Source: Desulfocapsa sulfexigens DSM 10523 (lineage in GTDB: Bacteria > Desulfobacterota > Desulfobulbia > Desulfobulbales > Desulfocapsaceae). Taken from it: DNA of 32,000 nucleotides. Shown here piece by piece: positions 30,101 to 32,000 of this stretch; the first letter of the stretch is position 1, and the number at the start of each line of letters is the position of its first letter. The stretch is from the NCBI RefSeq assembly GCF_000341395.1, contig NC_020304.1, positions 3,720,001 to 3,752,000 of the forward strand, given 5' to 3'. The position numbers and the translations under genes were made by a program. The notes under the pieces are model-generated. The model was not told where the DNA came from. It was given only the letters and a program-made list of their open reading frames with translations, and did not search any database.

Positions 30101-30821
30101 CAGCCTGCAAGTCGAAAAGGAAAAGCATCTCTGCCGGGAAACTGCCGCAGAAATAGAACCACTGCTTATGGAGAGTGAAAAACAGCTGGAAACGCTTCAG
30201 GAGGAATCAGTAACTGCAAAAGAACAGCTCAAGAGAAACAGCCTGGATAAGGGAAAATCCGCTACACAGCTGATAGCTATCGCGACACAGAAGAAAAAGG
30301 TGAGCAGTTGGAACACTCTTCATATGCTTATCGGATCTGCCGATGGAAAAAAATTCAGAAATTTTGCACAGGGCCTCACCTTTGAGCTGATGGTTCATCA
30401 TGCAAATAATCATCTTCGGAAAATGAGTGACAGATACATTCTGACCAGAGACAGCATCCATCCGCTTGACCTCAATGTCATCGATACTTATCAGGCAGAT
30501 GAGGTTCGTTCGACCAAAAATCTATCTGGCGGTGAATCCTTTCTAGTCAGCCTGGCCCTTTCACTGGGACTATCCAAAATGGCATCCCATAATGTCAGGG
30601 TTGATTCTCTGTTTCTTGACGAAGGATTTGGAACACTGGATGAAGATGCACTGGAATCGGCCCTTGAAACACTGGCTCAGTTGCGTGACGAGAACAAGCT
30701 TATTGGAATTATCTCCCATGTGGGCGCATTAAAAGAACGTATTCCCCTGCAGATAGAAATCATTCCGGGAAGCAGGGGAAAGAGCACCATTAGTGGGCCG
30801 GGTGTCTCACGGGGGGTCTAA
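27117..30821 (+). CDS. sbcC: Exonuclease subunit SbcC (SMC-like ATPase)
   Basis: Walker A FAIIGPTGAGKSTLLDALCLALYG, zinc-hook CPLCGSKTHP flanked by coiled coil, signature LSGGESFLVSLALSLGLS, Walker B DSLFLDEGFGTLD. Confidence 0.96.
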   Translation: MPSRTRKTEVLKILRIRFQNLNSLNGIWEIDFSAPAYSENSLFAIIGPTGAGKSTLLDALCLALYGATPRLGKITKTSNQIMSRHTGVCFAEVEFSTIRGRFRCHWSQHRSRQKSHGELQQPKHEITDASNNVLLESRIRNVASKIEEVTGMDFDRFTRSTLLAQGGFAAFLQASADQRAPILEQITGTEIYSRLSIKVHELRLSELNRLHELEQSLSHINLLSSEDEEQLQKRIREKNTAAEKIKMQVTNLRTQLSRARHIAKLETDHAAYVTELEALYTKKKEHAELLDTLGPALAAREIEPLYQAVEKLITSQKEAAKENDLLAEKRKNLEETKQKTILAINEAEKSLQQAEASRKTGLEQIRAVEKIDHLIQNIRNSLQEQTDNLNVQRKRHTKELSTLKTLEQNLLQAENEKNALETFFTGQAKDEKLLEEFAAIELSVQRVSELYLDLENMSKAKIAAKLAVGNKEQILRDLHTKKVAIQSHLLTASARHDEIQKNIADILQGSEFNDLQQKLFTTQTRQKSFQELTLFLEQLDSLTKQLTRSNEQLLTLATESKERKGKLSEENRKRAGKAQEVELLEKNLLLLARIQTLEQDRLQLKDNVPCPLCGSKTHPYHHGNVPSPSEEEKKLRFAEQELQVLLEQIEKLKHQEIIAAERKSSLAEQIKKTETEKTLATKAAEGLLSDLELPPLAEIHLERLQQESLQLNEDRKKLFADRELLEKLNKKIGSISTRKEEFRVTLQALEKDILTAEHTLTSAQTELRKLLQEEETLSASLITLSDTLRQKLQVYGDFVVERKHLSKILIELGQRITLWKTRKNEERNLAPKLLSLHSECGHQKTLCTEREKQITDQDALCSVTRKQLSDFQQQRLTLFGEKNTTEEEERLEQAVINRRKIHSQLQVKSGDIHRKITAVMTLQDRLQQDVIRMETDITTQQQLFLTALTKSSFSNTEEFIAARRSPQELLQVQNLQRKLQEKETELTTLIKEKLSSLQVEKEKHLCRETAAEIEPLLMESEKQLETLQEESVTAKEQLKRNSLDKGKSATQLIAIATQKKKVSSWNTLHMLIGSADGKKFRNFAQGLTFELMVHHANNHLRKMSDRYILTRDSIHPLDLNVIDTYQADEVRSTKNLSGGESFLVSLALSLGLSKMASHNVRVDSLFLDEGFGTLDEDALESALETLAQLRDENKLIGIISHVGALKERIPLQIEIIPGSRGKSTISGPGVSRGV

Positions 30822-31102
30822 TGGGCTGCTGCAGAAAACTTATAAACCACTATTCCTCATCCAGGCGTGGCGTCTTCTGCCTTCGATGGGTTTTGCCATT
30901 ACAGATTTTAGCCGTTGGCAGCCTTGTGACACATCTTCTCTATAAGATTTTTTTCAAGCCTCCAGCCTATTCATCTATCATCACTGTTGCTCACATCTTT
31001 TTCGCTTTTATGATTCTTGCCGAATGCCGCAGAAGCATTCGGTATCACAGTGCTCTCAAGGAACTGGAAGCGCTCGAGGAGAGAAGAAGAGCATTACGAT
31101 AA
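30821..31102 (+). CDS. Small hypothetical membrane protein (93 aa)
   Basis: TAATG overlap with the sbcC stop; two hydrophobic segments (WVLPLQILAVGSLVTHLLYKIFF; SIITVAHIFFAFMILAEC) and a basic C-terminus. Confidence 0.5.
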   Translation: MGCCRKLINHYSSSRRGVFCLRWVLPLQILAVGSLVTHLLYKIFFKPPAYSSIITVAHIFFAFMILAECRRSIRYHSALKELEALEERRRALR

Positions 31103-31160
31103 AATCAATCGTTTGCATAATGTAGAGATTGAACGAAAGGGCAATTTTTCAAGCAAGCCT

Positions 31161-31517
31161 TTAGATATCAGCCGGCTTCTCATCCAACTCCTTTCCGATT
31201 CGCCAGGCATCAATAACCGATGCCAGCCAGCAGCAGAACATAATAAAAAACGATATTTTCAAAAATACTGAAGAGGCAGTTGTTGAAGCTTCTGCGACAA
31301 TACCCATCACCCTTGGTATGGTAGCCACCTCTCCCGCAGCAACAATATCCTGCAACATAACAACAGCTTGACGAACAACAGCGGTAACACAGAGAATCCC
31401 ACTGATGAAAGCAAGGACGAAAAAGACGGCTCCGCGACGGTACCTTGAGAGAATAATCTGTCCTGCTCCGGGAAAAATAAGAGCAGAAAAGAGTACTCCT
31501 TTAATTACATTACTCAT
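31161..31517 (-). CDS. Hypothetical integral membrane protein
   Basis: From ATG at 31517: MSNVIKGVLFSALIFPGAGQIILSRYRRGAVFFVLAFISGILCVTAVVRQ...FFIMFCCWLASVIDAWRIGKELDEK. The track's 20-aa N-terminal extension (start 31577) looks non-coding. Confidence 0.7.
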   Translation of the reverse strand: MSNVIKGVLFSALIFPGAGQIILSRYRRGAVFFVLAFISGILCVTAVVRQAVVMLQDIVAAGEVATIPRVMGIVAEASTTASSVFLKISFFIMFCCWLASVIDAWRIGKELDEKPADI

Positions 31518-31709
31518 GAATTTAGTCCTTCTAAAATATTGGCTTCCAGGAACTTCTGAAAGAGTCTCGGCACACACAGCAACAGGAAAAACCCTTGTAT
31601 TTCCAACTTGCTATTTCATATTTTGTATTATACCCTTAACCATAAATGTTTTGTTCACTTTTTATTGAGAACATAGCCAATCAAAACAGATGCCACCAAG
31701 TAATACCAT

Positions 31710-32000
31710 ATGACACACCAAGATCCACCTATATTTATTACCTTTGGAAACCGCAAAGGAGGAGTCGGCAAGACAACCTCTGTTATCAATCTTGCAAGTT
31801 ACCTGGCAATCCTTGGAAAAAAAATTCTGATCGTCGATACAGATCCTCAGTCTAACTGTTCCTCTGTTCTACTCAAAAATCTGGACGACAGAAACAAACA
31901 CTCTCTTATTAAGGCACTTGAAGCTCCAGAAGGAGAAGGGTTGCTCTCTCGATTTGCCTGCGAAACACATCATCCCAATTTACAAATCATTCCGAATACA
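31710..32000 (+). CDS. ParA-family ATPase, 3'-truncated by window edge
   Basis: MTHQDPPIFITFGNRKGGVGKTTSVINLASYLAILGKKILIVDTDPQSNCSSVLLKNL... open to base 32000; not in the ORF track. TAA in frame at 31701 makes ATG 31710 the earliest start. Confidence 0.9.
   Translation, partial: MTHQDPPIFITFGNRKGGVGKTTSVINLASYLAILGKKILIVDTDPQSNCSSVLLKNLDDRNKHSLIKALEAPEGEGLLSRFACETHHPNLQIIPNT

Overview
The window looks like a chromosomal housekeeping region of a Desulfobulbales-like (deltaproteobacterial) genome; the taxonomy is inferred from protein style and gene order, not from a search. Gene order on the + strand is: pheS (3' part), pheT, ihfA-like, MerR-type regulator, tRNA-Pro(GGG), two small zinc-ribbon ORFs, MinD/ParA-like ATPase, ffh, rpsP, khpA-like, rimM, trmD, RNA methyltransferase-like, rplS, rnhB, yraN (frame-disrupted), pdxA, tmk, TPR lipoprotein, a second lipoprotein, [AMIN-domain protein on - strand], TIGR03960-like radical SAM protein, trpB2-like, dacB/PBP4-like, multi-rhodanese lipoprotein, FapA/DUF342, sbcD, sbcC, small membrane proteins, and the start of a ParA-like ATPase. 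The main observation is that the ORFs 22484..23062 and 23066..23806 are one reading frame interrupted by a single TGA (23060-23062). The TGA falls where the catalytic Cys of the first rhodanese domain should be (...LIFYCGGPT-U-GMSTKNAGLAKK...). About 21 nt downstream is a hairpin CGCC-GGUCU-GGCG, whose loop contains the same GGUCU as the E. coli fdhF SECIS. This supports an unannotated selenocysteine-containing, lipid-anchored triple-rhodanese protein. A second unannotated item is a yraN/UPF0102 gene between rnhB and pdxA that needs a -1 frame change near 11098. No CRISPR arrays, transposases or phage modules were recognised.
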